DNA of 64,000 nt from NCBI GenBank assembly GCA_976551045.1, contig CDPCPM010000207.1, positions 5,518,001 through 5,582,000 on the forward strand, written 5' to 3'. Made by a program: the position numbers and the translations under genes. This document shows positions 1 through 13,290 of the stretch, in pieces; position 1 is the stretch's first letter, and every line of letters starts with the position of its first letter. The notes below the pieces were generated by a model. That model was not told where the DNA came from. It worked only from the letters and a program-made list of their open reading frames with translations, and searched no databases. The stretch is from Glaucostegus cemiculus. Its lineage: Eukaryota.

Positions 1-860
1 AGTGTTGTCCCTATTTTTTGTGCAGCTGCCATTCATTTTCAGTTCATTGCAGATGCAGGCAGACCCGATCACTGAATAGTTCGTTGCTTGGTTGGAAAAT
101 GGAGTCTGTGCTATAAACTCGGTTCATTGTTTTGCCATCAGGGGGGAAATTAAGTCCGATTTTAAATTGGGAAGTATAGATAGATGAGCCTCATGATGAT
201 CCACTGTTCAAGTGGGAGGGGATGGTGATGAGGACCTGGAATTGCTAATATTATTAATAATAAAAATTGCTGGAAGTATGAAGCAACTTTAATGCTTACA
301 GAATACAGAAAATCCATATTAAAAATCTTTCATTGGAATCGTGGAGTGGATTCTCTCTAAAATATTAACCTGTTTATTTTCAGTAGTTTTAGTTTTATTT
401 TACTCTGAATTGATTTGTTTTAATCAAAATTGGATATTAAGTACCAGCTCTGTACACTTTAAGGTACTGTTGCCTAGAAATATATCCCTGGTTGGGATTG
501 CTAAATTAGCTATATAGCTGTATCTGACTGGTGTACTCTGCTTCCAAATTTATTCCATTAATGTTGATATTGTGACTGGGTATGAATTTCTGAGTGTATG
601 TTCCCTTTTTATTTCACCAGTGATGTGAATATATTGTACCAAATTTTATATGGAGGTTTTCTTGGTACAGTGCAACTTTGTTTGCATCTTGCTCTATGTG
701 GAAGAATTACTGTATGATGAATTTCTAATTTTACAAGTGGAATATTACACGGGCTTTAAACTTTTTTTCATCTGAACGGTACATTTTATAAACACCTTTT
801 TACTTATGAACATTGCATCTACTTGGTCAATAAAATTTTTACAGAATGGTGTTTGGTTAT
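1..860 (+). other. Probable terminal 3' UTR of a convergent upstream gene (possibly DET1 by synteny), with poly(A) signal AATAAA at 829-834
   Basis: Repeat-free, U-rich, no ORF. AATAAA is followed by a GU-rich tract (TGGTGTTTGGTT). In human, DET1 converges on MRPS11. No coding exon in the window confirms the identity. Confidence 0.3.
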
Positions 861-928
861 GCAGTAATTTGTTTACCTCCACTCAGTTGTTTACATTATA
901 GATGCATTATTGCCGGATGCATTATTGG

Positions 929-1555
929 AATAGAACAGGTAACACAGGAACAAGTGCCTTTTGGCCCACAATGTCTGTGCCAACCATGATGCTAAATTAA
1001 TCCCATCTGCTTGCACGTGAGTTGTATCTGTCCATTCCCTGCACATTTATGTGCCTGTCTAAATGTCTCTGAAATGCCACTATCGTGTTTGCTTCCACCA
1101 CTGTCCCGGCAGGGTGTTCCAGATACCTACCATTCTCTGTGTAAAAAAAATTACTGCACCTTTCTTTAAAACTTCCCCCTCTCAAAGATTGGCCCTCTAG
1201 TATTTCACATTTCCACCTTGGGGAAAAAGAATCTATCTACCCTATAAATGTCTCTTATGACTATATGAATTTCTATCAGGTCTCCCATTAGCCTCCATTG
1301 CTCCAGAGAAAACAATCCAAGTTTGTCCAACCCCTCTTTCCAGCTACAAATCTCTAATCCAGACAGCGTCCTGGGGAATCTCTTCTGCACCATGTCCAAA
1401 GTCTCAGCATCCTCCCGGCAATGGGGCGACCAGAACTGCACACAGTACTCTAAATGCGGCCTAACCAAAGTTTTATACAACTGTGACAGGACTTCCTGAC
1501 TCCTGCACCCAGTGTCCTGACTGACGAAGGCAAGCCTGCCATATGCCTTCTTTAC
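929..1555 (-). mobile_element. CR1-clade LINE 3' fragment
   Basis: ORF 1205..1480 has [19 protein letters not shown]...LGLFSLEQWRLMGDLIE (CR1 ORF2 C-terminus), followed by a CR1 3' UTR. Confidence 0.9.
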
Positions 1556-2735
1556 AGTCCAAGAAAATCACCTGTTCCAATTCTATGCTGTAATTTTGTC
1601 ATCCTCAAGGTATGTATGTACCTTTGTTTTTGTAATCACAGGAATGTCTGGCACCATGCAACTACTGCGATTAGCCCCAAAGTATGCTAATTTCATACCT
1701 TTGACTTGCTTTACCAATATTTTACTGAATTACAGAAATTTATAGCACAAGGAGGTCATCTGGCCCGTTGTGTCCATACCAGTATTCCCTTATAAAAATT
1801 GCCGTTACCTCGCTGTTGTCTTGGGCAGTCTTGTGTGTGAGGTTTTAAATGTGTTTGCTTCCTTTAACAACAGTCTGTATTTTCCTGTGATTTTATAGCT
1901 TTCTTAAATTATTTTGTATCTTGAAGTCCTCATGTCCTTGAGTCTTTCTTTACAAAATATGGTTTGTGTGCGTCAGGGCAAAGGCGTTTTAAAAAAAGTA
2001 CTTGTGCAACAGCAGTTTTATTGTGCTGTCTCGATGACATAAGAATGACAAAAAGCTGTGTTCTGCTGACAGGCATAATAGAATCTAATGACCTGAGTGA
2101 CTAGCTGGACTCATCTTCTCTTTTCAGAATTGAGTAGCCTGCTAATTGCTGCTGTCTTGGCAACCCAGAGCAGTGTAATGGAGATTGTTGAAATAATTTG
2201 TATGCTTCAGATTCACCCTCCTGTATTATTGTAATAAAACTGGACATTGACAGAAATAACCAGCACCTGAAATAAGAAAAGACAGGACAATATTTTCGAT
2301 AGAGATTTGTTTCCTGAAACTGATGTTCACAATTTTTCCAGATGAAAACAAAGCTGTGTATTCTTGAGATTCTCGATGTTAAAATATAGACTTATTTTAG
2401 ACCAAATCTTTTCACCTTCTCAACTTGTTTCATCCTCTGTTGTAAGATGGCCTCATTCAGTAATAGCCAGTGATCTTGTCAGAACTACAGCAAGGCTTTG
2501 TAACTAAACTAATTCAGGATCACTCTATTTAGTGGGCAATCGTATTTGAAATAAACATACCACAAAATCTGGGTCCCAGTTTTCCTTAGATGATCAGTTC
2601 TTTTTAAATAAAAGTATCCAGTGGATTAAAGTTTGCTTCACAGTGGAGGCCATTTATGTCATCATGCAACTATTGATGTAAACTCTTCACTGCAAGCAAT
2701 ATACTCCCAATCCCCCAACATACTGTGACTGGGAA

Positions 2736-3400
2736 GAGAACATACCTCAGCACAGACAGGTCCTTCAGCCCAACTGCCCTTATGCCAACCAGGATGACCA
2801 TCTAAGCTAGTCCCACTAGCTCACATTTGGTCCCTATCCCTCTCAACCTTTCCTCTCCATGCATCTGTCCCAAGTGCCTTTTAAATGTTGTCAATGTACC
2901 TGCCTCAACCACTTCCTCTGGCAACTCATTCCGTAGTGTAGGGGCAGACACAGTAGTGTAGCGGCTAATGTAACGCTATTACCTGGGTTCAGTTCTGGTC
3001 ACTGCCTGTAAGGAGTTTGTACGTTCTCCCCGTGTCTGCGTGGGTTTCCTCCGGGTGCTCCAGTTTCCTCCTACATTCCAAAGACGGGTTAGGAAGTTGT
3101 GGGCGTGCTATGTTGGTGCCAGAAGCGACACATGTGAGCTGCCTCCAGAGCACTCTATGCAAAAGATGCATTTCACTCTGTGTTTCCATGTACATGTGAC
3201 TAATAAAGATATCTTCTTTAATGACCCTCAGGTTCCTATCAAATCTCTACCCTCTCACCTTAAGCCTATACCCTCTAGTTTTTGGTTCCCTCACCCTGGG
3301 AAGAAGGGTACATTCATCCTATCCATGCCCCTCATGTTTTAATACACCTTTATAAGATCACCCCTCATTCTCTTACGTTCCAATGAATAAAGTCCTATTT
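2736..3400 (-). mobile_element. CR1 3' fragment interrupted by a SINE
   Basis: CR1 3' UTR and C-terminal motifs at ~2736-2934 resume at ~3216-3400. Confidence 0.75.
2941..3213 (+). mobile_element. tRNA-derived V-SINE with TTTCACT..GTACATGTGACTAATAAA tail
   Basis: GGGGC start, A/B-box-like head, V-domain core TGCGTGGGTTTCCTCCGGGTGCTCCAGTTTCCTCC. Confidence 0.85.
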
Positions 3401-3689
3401 TGCATTAAAAAAAAATTGAATACAATAGAAATAGAGAAGACAGTGGAGATGAAAAGGAACACTGTTGATACTGGAAATCTTACATGAAGTACATGTGCAT
3501 GAAATAGCTACAAGTACATGAAAAGCTTTTCTACAACCACATTCTTTAGTGGATAGATAAAACTAAAACCTGCTCTGCAATTTCATGCACCAGCTACTAA
3601 AGTACCCAACAAAAGCTGAATAAGTATTCTAATTAAAAAGAAAATGCAGACCATGAAAAGTTCTTAGTGATTGTAGGAAGTATGAGTGA

Positions 3690-4312
3690 TAAGTTTGCAT
3701 TTGACATGAAAGTTAGTGCTGTGGATAGCAAGGAAGGTTTTCTGTGGTAACAGCAGGATATAGATCAGATGGAAAGTTGGATAGTGTGTTGGCAGATGGA
3801 ATTTAATCCCAATAATGGTAAGGTTATGCATTTTGGGAAGCAAAATAGGGATGGGACAGAGACAGTTAATGGTAAGGCACTAAGGAATGTTGATAAACAG
3901 AAAGACCTTGAGGTTCAAGTCCATAGTTCTCTGAGAGTGGCAACACAGGTAAATAAGGTGTTTGTTGACCTGATGGAGGTATATAGAATTATAAGAGTCA
4001 TAAGATGGGGTAGATAGTCAAAATCTTTTTTTTTTACAATGGTAGGGGTATCAAAAACAAGAGAGCATAGGTTTAATATGAGAGGGCGAGATGTAAAGAG
4101 TATCTGAGACAAAAGTTTTTATGTATAGAAAGTGGCTGATAGCTGGGACACACTGCCAGTGGAGGTGATGGGAGTCAGATGCAATCACCAATTTAAGAGC
4201 CGTTCAGATAGGCACTTAAAAAAGCAAGGCATAGAAGGAAATTAAAATGGGCAAATAGGATTAGTGTAGGTGGGCAAAAAGGGCCTGTATCTGTACTGTG
4301 TAATTTTATGAC
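3690..4312 (+). mobile_element. CR1 fragment, internally deleted
   Basis: WQMEFNP..KVMHFG...KDLEVQVHSSLRVATQV motifs and a GGGCCTGT tail. Confidence 0.85.
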
Positions 4313-5892
4313 TGATTTTATAGTCCATGTAGATTATTCTTTACCTTATTATTTACTTATAACATATACAAATATATATCCTGAGGCACTCCAGAATATC
4401 AAATATAAAGAGCACGGTTAAGCTGCTGTTCCATTATTCCACTGGTTGCTCATCAAGCCTTTCCAAAGTGAGCACTAAGTATGCAAACATAATGTTAAGT
4501 GAACACAGCTTGATGTAAACATCAGAAGGAATGATTGCAGTGAAACTCCTCCAGAACACCTAAATAATTTCAGAATGCTCTTTCTGAAGAGATGTAATCA
4601 TAAAATATGTCATGGAAAAGTTTTAAGATGTAATAAGGGAGGGAAGGGTATGTTTGCTTTGTTGTGTGACAGCTGTGCATTCTGTGCAGATAACCCTGTA
4701 TGCGTTGCGTCAGTTTCAGGAGACTGTTCGAGCGTACTCGACTGCCGATTTTCCTGTTTTCCACTATCAGACTACTGGGGGGACTTGCAATTACCCAAAT
4801 TATTCTTGGAAGGAACATTACAGCCAATAATTCTCAGGAGAGCCAACTAAAAGGATAGTTATGATTGAACGACTATTCCAGTGAAGCACACAGCATATAT
4901 ACCGAGTAGATATTTCTGGAAAATGATTACAGTAGTAATAGTTTTCCTTTTTAGGTCCCCACTGATATAATCCCAATAGGGGTCTGTCCATGGACCCTTC
5001 TACAGCTCAATTAGTGTGTGGCTTAGGCATGCTGTGCGGTGGCTGTGTCACCTCACAATCAATACTCTTGTAAGGTTAGAAGTTTGGTACCAACCCTGGT
5101 GTCATTGTCTTCATTTGAAATATCATCCCAACTAACCTGCAGCTGAAATTATTGTCCAAATGTGATTTAGGAACTGGAGGAAATCTTCATTAATATCTTT
5201 AATGTATTCGTGAAGGTTGTGGATGTAAATGACAGGTTTACTGGGATAGAATGAATCTTTGCATTCAGCAGCTCCCTGCTGAATGGAAAGTAGGGCTTTA
5301 ATTAATATTAATGAATTTTGATGAACAATAATTCATTCATACTACAACCCAAAATCAGTCTAAATGCAGCAGCTCTGAGGTGAATTAGCTCATCATACTA
5401 TTCAAGCTGCACTGGGAACACATTGGACATTAAAAGATTAGAGTGGGGAACACGCCTGGCATGGTGAGCGGTCAGACTTCTGCATGCATCTCATTTTAAT
5501 GTATTGCTAATTTTTTTCTACAATGATCACACTACCACATCAACTTTTAAAAAAGGCAGTGGAGTTCAGAGTTTTAAGGTAATGAAATAATAAAAAATAA
5601 CTGGCAAGAAAAACACAGGATGCTTTTGAGGCAAAAAAGTTGAATTGCTGTATTTTCAATATTTTATGACACTTTTTGTAGCTGTCTGTGCTTGTTAGGA
5701 TGAAGAGTCTTGATGCTGTGAAAATGAACACCTTCCGATCAGCCCCTTCAATGGGAACACATCTCCTCATCATTTACCCAGCACAGTCTGATAATCAGAG
5801 TTCAAACATTTCATGTTGCTGTGTGTTGAAAAGACGACATTCTAGAACAAATGACTGGTCCTGTTGATTCCTTTAGCTGCACTATGCAAGGT

Positions 5893-6000
5893 TCACATCC
5901 TGCGGACTTTCCGTGGTCGGCAGCCATTGTGGGGGATTGGAGTGTCGTCCGTAATTGAAACCACCTGGAGACCACCCATACTCAATCCTTTTATGGCAGA
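5893..6000 (-). CDS. MRPS11: MRPS11 coding exon 6 (last): [35 protein letters not shown]
   Basis: uS11 C-terminal signature [10 protein letters not shown]; pyrimidine tract and AG acceptor; phase 0; TGA stop at 5895-5893. Confidence 0.97.
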   Translation of the reverse strand, partial: SAIKGLSMGGLQVVSITDDTPIPHNGCRPRKVRRM

Positions 6001-6067
6001 CTGCAATAGAAAAATAGCAACATTTTTTTCTTACATCCATATCCTCGAAAGTATTTAAAAGGCATTG

Positions 6068-6566
6068 TTTCTCAAACTATATCATATCTTAATTTGGAAA
6101 AAATTAAGAGTGGTACTGTTGATTCTTCGCTTAAATTTGAAGATATTTGGAGTCCGTTTATTCAATACTTTCACATGATGTAGTTTCCCCTTCTGCAACT
6201 TTTTTTTAATTCAGAGGAACGGAGTTGACAACATTGCTCTGTTTCTATTGAAAATTTTAGCCCAGTTTTTTTTTCTTGTTTTGTTTTTTCCTTTTTAAAA
6301 AATAATTTTTGGTTCAATTTACTCTGTATTGTTATAATTTTTTTTTCTAATTATATAACAAATCTTTTTCTTTCCTATCTTTTACCTTATACTTATGAAC
6401 CAAGAGATTGTTGGAACTATTTCTTTTATATATATCATACTTTATTGTATTTTTTTTAATGATTATCTATGATTGTTACCTGATATCTCTATAATACATG
6501 TGCAAACATTGTTGCTATATATATTAACCTGTATTGATTTGTTATCAATAAAAAGATTGATAAAGA
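6068..6566 (+). mobile_element. 5'-truncated L1-clade LINE with 11-bp target site duplication
   Basis: SQTISYLNLEKIKSGTVDSSLKFEDIWSPFIQYFHMM* resembles fish L1 ORF2 ends. T-rich UTR, AATAAA and A-tail. AAAAGGCATTG flanks both sides (6057-6067, 6567-6577) at a TT/AAAA site. Confidence 0.85.
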
Positions 6567-7063
6567 AAAAGGCATTGGACAACTTTTTAATCAGAAACTC
6601 TATGAACTTCTCCTGTCAATAACTCTGTTTAGCTGGCCAAAAGTTCAAAATCTAGAATTCACCTGAGGTGGCAGTAAAGACACTAACTGGGCATCAGTCT
6701 CCTTGAGCTAGGAAGTGAAAGAAACACCACCTGGATCCATCTACCCAGCACTTTCCAGCAACTTCAGCCTGAAAATTTGTACATTCATCAGTTGACACGA
6801 TTAGTTTTGAAGCTCACCATAAACAATCAGCATATTTTCACAATGTCAGGGCTTACTGGTGAATATTCACATAAGATGAGGGACTGAAGGTCGACTGCCA
6901 ACAGCATAACTGTACCCCAGTGAAGAAACTACCTTCAGGAGAGGAATGAAAACCAGAGAGGGACAAGTGTTTCAAAGGACACAGTATGTAGACTATTACC
7001 AGATACTAAGTAATAGCAATTGAAAGGGAATAAACAATCAGACAAGACTCATAACCAATAATT

Positions 7064-7289
7064 GGGCAGCACGATAGCGTAGTGGTTAGTGCGACGCTGT
7101 TACAGCGCCAGCAATCGGGGTTCGATTCCCATCGCTTACTGTAAGGAGTTTGTACGTTCGCCTGTGTCTGCGTGGGTTTCCTCCCACATTGCAAAAGACG
7201 TACGGGTAGGTTAATTTAAAATGGGTGGCGCGGACTCGTTGGGCCGAAAGGGCCTGTTACCACGCTGTAAATAAATAATAAATAAAAAA
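7064..7289 (+). mobile_element. V-SINE (HE1-like) with CR1-type tail
   Basis: A box TAGCGTAGTGG, B box GGTTCGATTCC, V core, tail TTGGGCCGAAAGGGCCTGTT and A-rich end; AATAATT duplicated on both flanks. Confidence 0.9.
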
Positions 7290-7340
7290 AATAATTACCT
7301 GCTATCCCACTGTTTGGAAATCCCAATGGCACATCATCTG

Positions 7341-7450
7341 ACTCACTGGAGCCCCATTTCATGTGCTTCCTTTAAACTCACTGGAGCCCCATTTCCAGTG
7401 CTTGTTTTAAACTCACCAGGGCCCCATTTCAAATGCTCCTTTTAAACTCA
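7341..7450. repeat. 35-bp tandem repeat, about 3 copies
   Basis: ACTCAC(T/C)(G/A)G(A/G)GCCCCATTTC...TTTAA units start at 7341, 7376 and 7411; a partial unit starts at 7446. Confidence 0.9.
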
Positions 7451-9149
7451 TCATGTTTCTTGGAAAGTTTATTATACTATTGTCTAACATCTAAACAAAA
7501 AGGTAAATTAAAAGTGTGTTGATGTATTAACAAGCGGACTATCCAGAAGTTTGGAATCTGCTAATCTGGTACCACCAAAGTCTCAAGGGCACCAGATTAT
7601 CAGAGTTTCACTGGAATCAGACAAAGTAGAAATAGACAGTAAAAAATGCAATAAACAACATGAGGAAGGATCATTGAGAAAATCCTCTACTCATTCAGAG
7701 ACCTCAACAGTAAGTTGTTTACATACACATAAAAATCATCTTTGGAGGTTAAAAGAACACTTGAACCATTGAATAATAGCCAAGTTAGACGTCATGCTTC
7801 ACAGATTCTTGATAATGGGCCTAGATTGGTGAGCCATTAACATCTCATCCAATGCATGTATGTTTGTACTCAAGAGCCACATTTGTTTCTTCCTCCTTTT
7901 TCCTGCCATTATTGGGCCTGAAGCTTCACATTCTTTCAGAAAAATAAGAGGCTAATAGTTGCAAAGCTTTAGCATTGTCAAGAGGGATTCAATAGCGACA
8001 GAACAAGCAGGAGGAACATGGAGAATGAAACCTCACATCATGTGTATAATATATACATACATGGCTACCCCATCCTTTCCTTTTAGTCCCTTATAAAATG
8101 CAGGGAACAAGCTCTTTCTCGCAAAAAAACCCAAGCTTGCCCTTTTATAGCAACGCTACAAGTAGATTTACGAATAGGACACCTCTTCAATTTTATCTTC
8201 TTTCATATGGCTGCACTGCACTCAATGATGTTGATACATAGCTAAACCCACAGGGAATTAGAGAAACATTTGGAGAAAAAGATTACAAAGGGAAATGGGA
8301 TCAGAGTATAAAAGCATAAATACAGACAATGAGCTAAATAAATACCATCTCCATATACCGATATTTCTATAACCCTACGAATGTATATAGTGGTAACTCT
8401 CTCAAATTAACCATTCAAAGAAGTCTGAAAAAACTAAACACTTATGGATTAAAGCCAGGAGGAAGAAAACATCAGCATGGTGACATACAGCAGTGAGATC
8501 ATAGAGTGAAGAGGCTAATACCATCAGTATATGCAGCATCAGGTCTGGTTTACCAAATAAATGTTTCCATAAGTTAATTTGCTAAGAATTAATCTCTGAG
8601 CAGCCTGGGGTATAATAATTAATGCTGTTTATGTGCAGTGTTCTGAGAAGCCATCTCTGGGGTGTAAAGGCTTAATTTTTTTTCCCAAAGCACTGGGGAC
8701 AGAGGGAATCAGTTTGTTGAGGCGAATGCATTTTCTGTTTCATGCTTTCTTAACCACCCACGGCAAGTTAATATGTTTCAGAGGACATGGTTAATATTGG
8801 TTAACTGCAAGTCTGATTCCACACCCTCCCTGTCCAATTAGTATATTTTATTTTTATTATTTCTAGTGAAATGGTATTCCATCTGTAATATAGTGACCAG
8901 GGAAAGTGAACTTCAAAGGCACAAAACTAATACTTGGTTTAGGTAAAGCTCTTATTGCAGATTTGCCTGTTGTATGGAGATCCATCTTTTGTTCTTTCTC
9001 TCAATACCATCCCTTTCTACCCAGATCCCACATCACTGTCGTCATTTAATGATTCCAGGGAAAAAATAATAATTCAAGCCAAATTAAACCTAACTCTATT
9101 GATGGGAATATTTTGCCCAAAAGCTGACAACTTTTCTCAATGTGGTGGA

Positions 9150-9340
9150 GCAATAGTTAAATTACCAGACTAGAATTCGGAGACCTGAACTACAAAGGAT
9201 GCTGTATGAAAATAAAAACACAACTAGTTCATCAATGACTTTCAGTGTAGGAAATCTGCTGACCTCACTTGTACCTAATTCTCATCTTACCCCAGCATGG
9301 ATGGTCCTCAATTTTGTCCTGGCCAACTAGAGCATTTAGT
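9150..9340 (+). mobile_element. Old degenerate SINE, same family as 40675, 45700, 57270 and 58030
   Basis: Shared GGAAATCTGC...ATG(G/T)GGT..CTC.AA.T motifs. Confidence 0.45.
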
Positions 9341-10662
9341 TGTACCCCCCCCCACTGTCCTACAATATGACTAACCATATTATGGAAAGTCCAATAATAG
9401 TAACTTGTGCCACGGTAGTGTTTTCAAACAAAAATTGACACAAAACCATTGAAAGAGCTACTAGGGATAGGGGTTTTAAGGACCAGCTCAAAGAAAGTTG
9501 AACGGCAGTAGGAAATTCCAGCATCTAGGTTCTGGATATTGAAGGCAGGATGACAATGAAAGCCAGGGGTGTGAAAGAGGGCAGAATTGTAGTGTCAGGG
9601 GAAATCAAATGTAAAAAAAATCACTTGACACCCAGGTCCATTCCAATTGTTGAAGGTTTATTGTTTTACACTGGTGGGAGAAAACTACTGAATGTCTCAG
9701 GCAACTGCTCTGCTGAACAAAGAAAATCATGCAATTTTTATAGCTTTTTCTCCAGCCTATCCTGACTGGCTATAAACCTATCACAATATTAATTGATTAC
9801 ATGCACATGCAACTGAGTTAACAACTGGGCATCATGTAAAAACCTCATCAGATTATGGACAGCTCTGAGCCATCCAATGATGTTTACCACATTCTTTATC
9901 TACTGTCCCTGGGCCTATACAAGAGTCCCAGAGTTCAGGATTCCTCTGGGCTGATAAGAGGGACAGTCTGCATTGGAGTACACACAGGAAGGGTGAAACA
10001 TTAGACAGAACTCCATAATCCAACGTCTTCTGTATCTGAATACTCAAGTTCAGTCCTGATGCTGTCCCACTCTACAGTGAGCACAGCAGGAAGATCAACA
10101 TGATGGTTGCTAATTTTAAAAGTTTGAGCAGGGAGAATGATCACTCAGACAAGGTAATGAAGGACTCGATTTGTTATGAAATCAATACCTTCAGTAGAGT
10201 GGGGGAGGGAGCAAGTCTGTGATGAGATTTAAAATATATAGGTGGAGATCTTGAACATAATGCATAATTTACTTTTTCAGGATTAAGGCAAGATTCTGCT
10301 CCATCTTAGTATGAAGTAAATTGTTTCAAAGTTCTTAAGATGCAATAGTTTTCAAAGGATTGACTTCTAAACAACCTAGTGTTGTCCATCTGGTAAGGGA
10401 CCTGTGGAATCATTTATCTCAATTAGTTTGTGTGATAGTACATCATAAAATAAATGCTCAATACAATAAATACTCAAGGAGACATTATTCAAATTACACA
10501 CAACCGGTGGTTGAGAAAATACACGCGGTGATCTCAAAAATGTGTCTGATAAATGTTTTCTTTCACATCGAGATTGCTTCATGAGACTCAAAGGCAACAA
10601 TAATCAGGTGATACAAAAGGAATAACAGAAACCACTTCAGCAATGTGAACACTATAACTCAC

Positions 10663-10728
10663 CATCCTGCCAGGTCCCAAACCTTTCACCACCACACGGA
10701 CAAAGGTTATTCCCCGATCATTTGCCTT
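10663..10728 (-). CDS. MRPS11: MRPS11 coding exon 5: KANDRGITFVRVVVKGLGPGRM
   Basis: uS11 motif VRVVVKGLGPGR; cag acceptor and GTGAGT donor; 66 bp, phase 0/0. Confidence 0.97.
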
Positions 10729-12689
10729 CTGTCCACAAAACAAAAATTGCAAAAACTTTATTTACAATTTTATTTATTCTAAAAGTAATGCTAAGGTTAA
10801 ATAAACTCTCTTGCCTTCTGCACTTCCTCATCATTGGTGCTATCTTTTTAAAATTTGCTGATATTATCAATTGTAATTGAAATGCTTTCCCCCTGGATTT
10901 TCCTTCTTATAATACCATTATTACTGTCTCTCAGCCTAGCTGCTTATGAAAGATCCCATGGTACTGTTAAGGAGGTGCATTTCTATAGTATTTATTTGTC
11001 TGAAAGTAGACTGCCCCATTGTTTCTGACATTAACTAATTATATTAATGGAAAACTTCCAGTGTAATGATCAGCCCTAATAGGAAGCTTTGCATTATCAG
11101 AGAAATTTACACCACTGGAGGCTGCCATTCAGCCCATTGTTTCAAGGCCTGGAGGGAACTAGGAGGCAACTTGCTTTCACATCTGAAAGATCTACTTCAC
11201 ACCTAAAAGGTCAATAAACACGAAACTGTTCAGCCAGGAAAACCTAAACCTTCTGAAAGGTCTGTGAGATCTGCAGCAGAATACAAAAACAGTGCTTCAT
11301 GACGTTTGGCAGAAAAGGAGGAAGCTTCAACAGAAGACTGTCAGCCCCAACAGAAACATGGTAGCAGGAGTCGTGGACATTTTGTCCCAGTGCAACCCAT
11401 TTCTGTTACTGGAGCTTGTACCTTGAACATGTACATCTCAAAAGCATGCCACTGAAATTTGTCTTCATTACTGCAAAACAGACCTGAGATGCACCAATTA
11501 CACAGCAAACAAACATAAAGCACATTTAATTTTAATTAATGCAACTTGTCAGTGTATGCTTTCCCATATAAAATTACTTGCCTAGTTTTCCTCATGAGCC
11601 TGGAAAAAGCTACCCCCTGCAACTTCCCATTTTAAATCTTGTTTGTTTTCTCTCAGACTCTCAGTGGTGGAAGGGGCTGTGCCAGACCAATGAACACGCA
11701 GAACCTTCAAGGTAATGATCGGTGCTATTGGCTAATTATCTGATGTCACAGTACCTTATGAAAAAGAATCTTAGAACACAAATCTTAAATACCTCCCCCC
11801 AAATTTATACGAGAGGAACTGATCAATAATATTTCAAAATCTGGCATGTTTGCAAATAAAGTTTATATACCTTTGATCTAGAATAACAGGTTTGACGCTT
11901 ACTGGCCTCCAAAATGGGATACCAAGTCACTTTGTTCAGAGGCAAAAAGGGTGGGCAAGAAATTCTTGATTTGGTAGCAGATCCCATGAATGATTGACAG
12001 AAAAATAGTTATAGATAGGCAACAGAATGGTGGATCTGTAGAATTATTGCTCATGGCATTTCTGGTGACACACTAACCTTATTATAAGAGTGTTATGCTA
12101 GATAATGTACAATGAATAATTCAAGTAATAAAATGAGGATACGTCCTTCTACGGGCACAGAGTCCAACAGTAAAATATCTAGGTTAATCAGCATTAGATG
12201 AGTGAACAAAGTGAAATTAAAACTAATGCTGTTTAGATCCAGTTTGAAAATCTCTCTTCATAATGATTACTTTTGACCAAGATGAAACTTTTTCTGTTAA
12301 TAGCATGATGTTGATGACTAATCCAAATAACAAGTTCTAAACAACAGCAAACCATTGTTGGAACAAACTTTGATTATTAAATCAGATACAAACACAAGAC
12401 AGGAAAGGTAGAAAAAACACTTAAAACCAAATATTGAAATTACCAGTGATCATTTCAAGCTCACGTATCAAATCAGAGGATGTAATATTACTGAGCAACT
12501 CAAACATCAGATCGAAGTACAAGTTTCACTTGATAAAGCACAGCTTTGGTTCATTGTGGTGCTGGGGATAATTGTGAAGACAGTTCAAGGAAGGGCATTA
12601 ATCATGACATTAATTTTTTGAGTTGGCAAATGAGACTGAGTGGAGCTTCTTGCAATGGAGTGCCAATGAAAGGTCATTGACCTGAGAAA

Positions 12690-13290
12690 TACAGAAGGGC
12701 ATGGACAGAATAGTTTTTATTTAAGATACTTTTCTTTCACAAAAATCCATGAGCATCCAATCTCTACAGCTGGGGCCTTTTTGACAACCCAGACCATCAA
12801 AGTAGCCAGTCACAAACCAGAGAACCAAATTTTACAGAATCCAAGTCATTTTTAAGAGCAATGAGGTTTTCTGTCTTGACCACTCTGGTAGCCAGCAAGT
12901 TCCAGACCCCTATTATCTCTGGGTGAAAAAGAATTTCCTCATCTCCCATCTATTCCTTCCACCAATTACAACCAATCTCTGCACTCTGATTTTTGACTCC
13001 TCTGCTAAGGGAAATAGGTCCTTCCTATTTACTCTTTCAGCACCTTCAACTTTACACACCTTGATTGTCTTTCAGCTTCCCGTTCCACCTTAACCAATCT
13101 GACTGGCTGCCAGAGTGGTTAAGGCGGAAACCTTCATCACACTTAAAGAAGACATGCATACGTACTTGAGTGTTCAGCTGTAGTCTCTGAACCTAGTGCT
13201 GGAAGGTGACATTAGCTTGGGTCAGCCATTTTCCAACTAGTACAGACACAGTGGGCTGAAGGTCACCTCTTGTTTCTGTTTACTTATGCA
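12690..13290. mobile_element. Two old CR1 3' remnants in opposite orientation
   Basis: AGTTCCAGACCCC..CTCTGGGTGAAAAAG (minus) at ~12900 and GTGGGCTGAAGGTC tail (plus) at ~13250. Confidence 0.55.

Noticed and set aside
4570-4850. Overlapping 85 and 91 aa ORFs with some CpG
   Set aside because: No recognisable domain or convincing splice sites; may be extended UTR or intergenic DNA.
7064-7140. A/B boxes as tRNA genes (also 2941, 19505, 39150)
   Set aside because: They continue into the V-SINE core and LINE-type tails, with no cloverleaf or oligo-T terminator.
7341-7450. Regular 35-bp repeats as a CRISPR array
   Set aside because: Head-to-tail tandem units with no unique spacers and no cas genes, in vertebrate intronic context.
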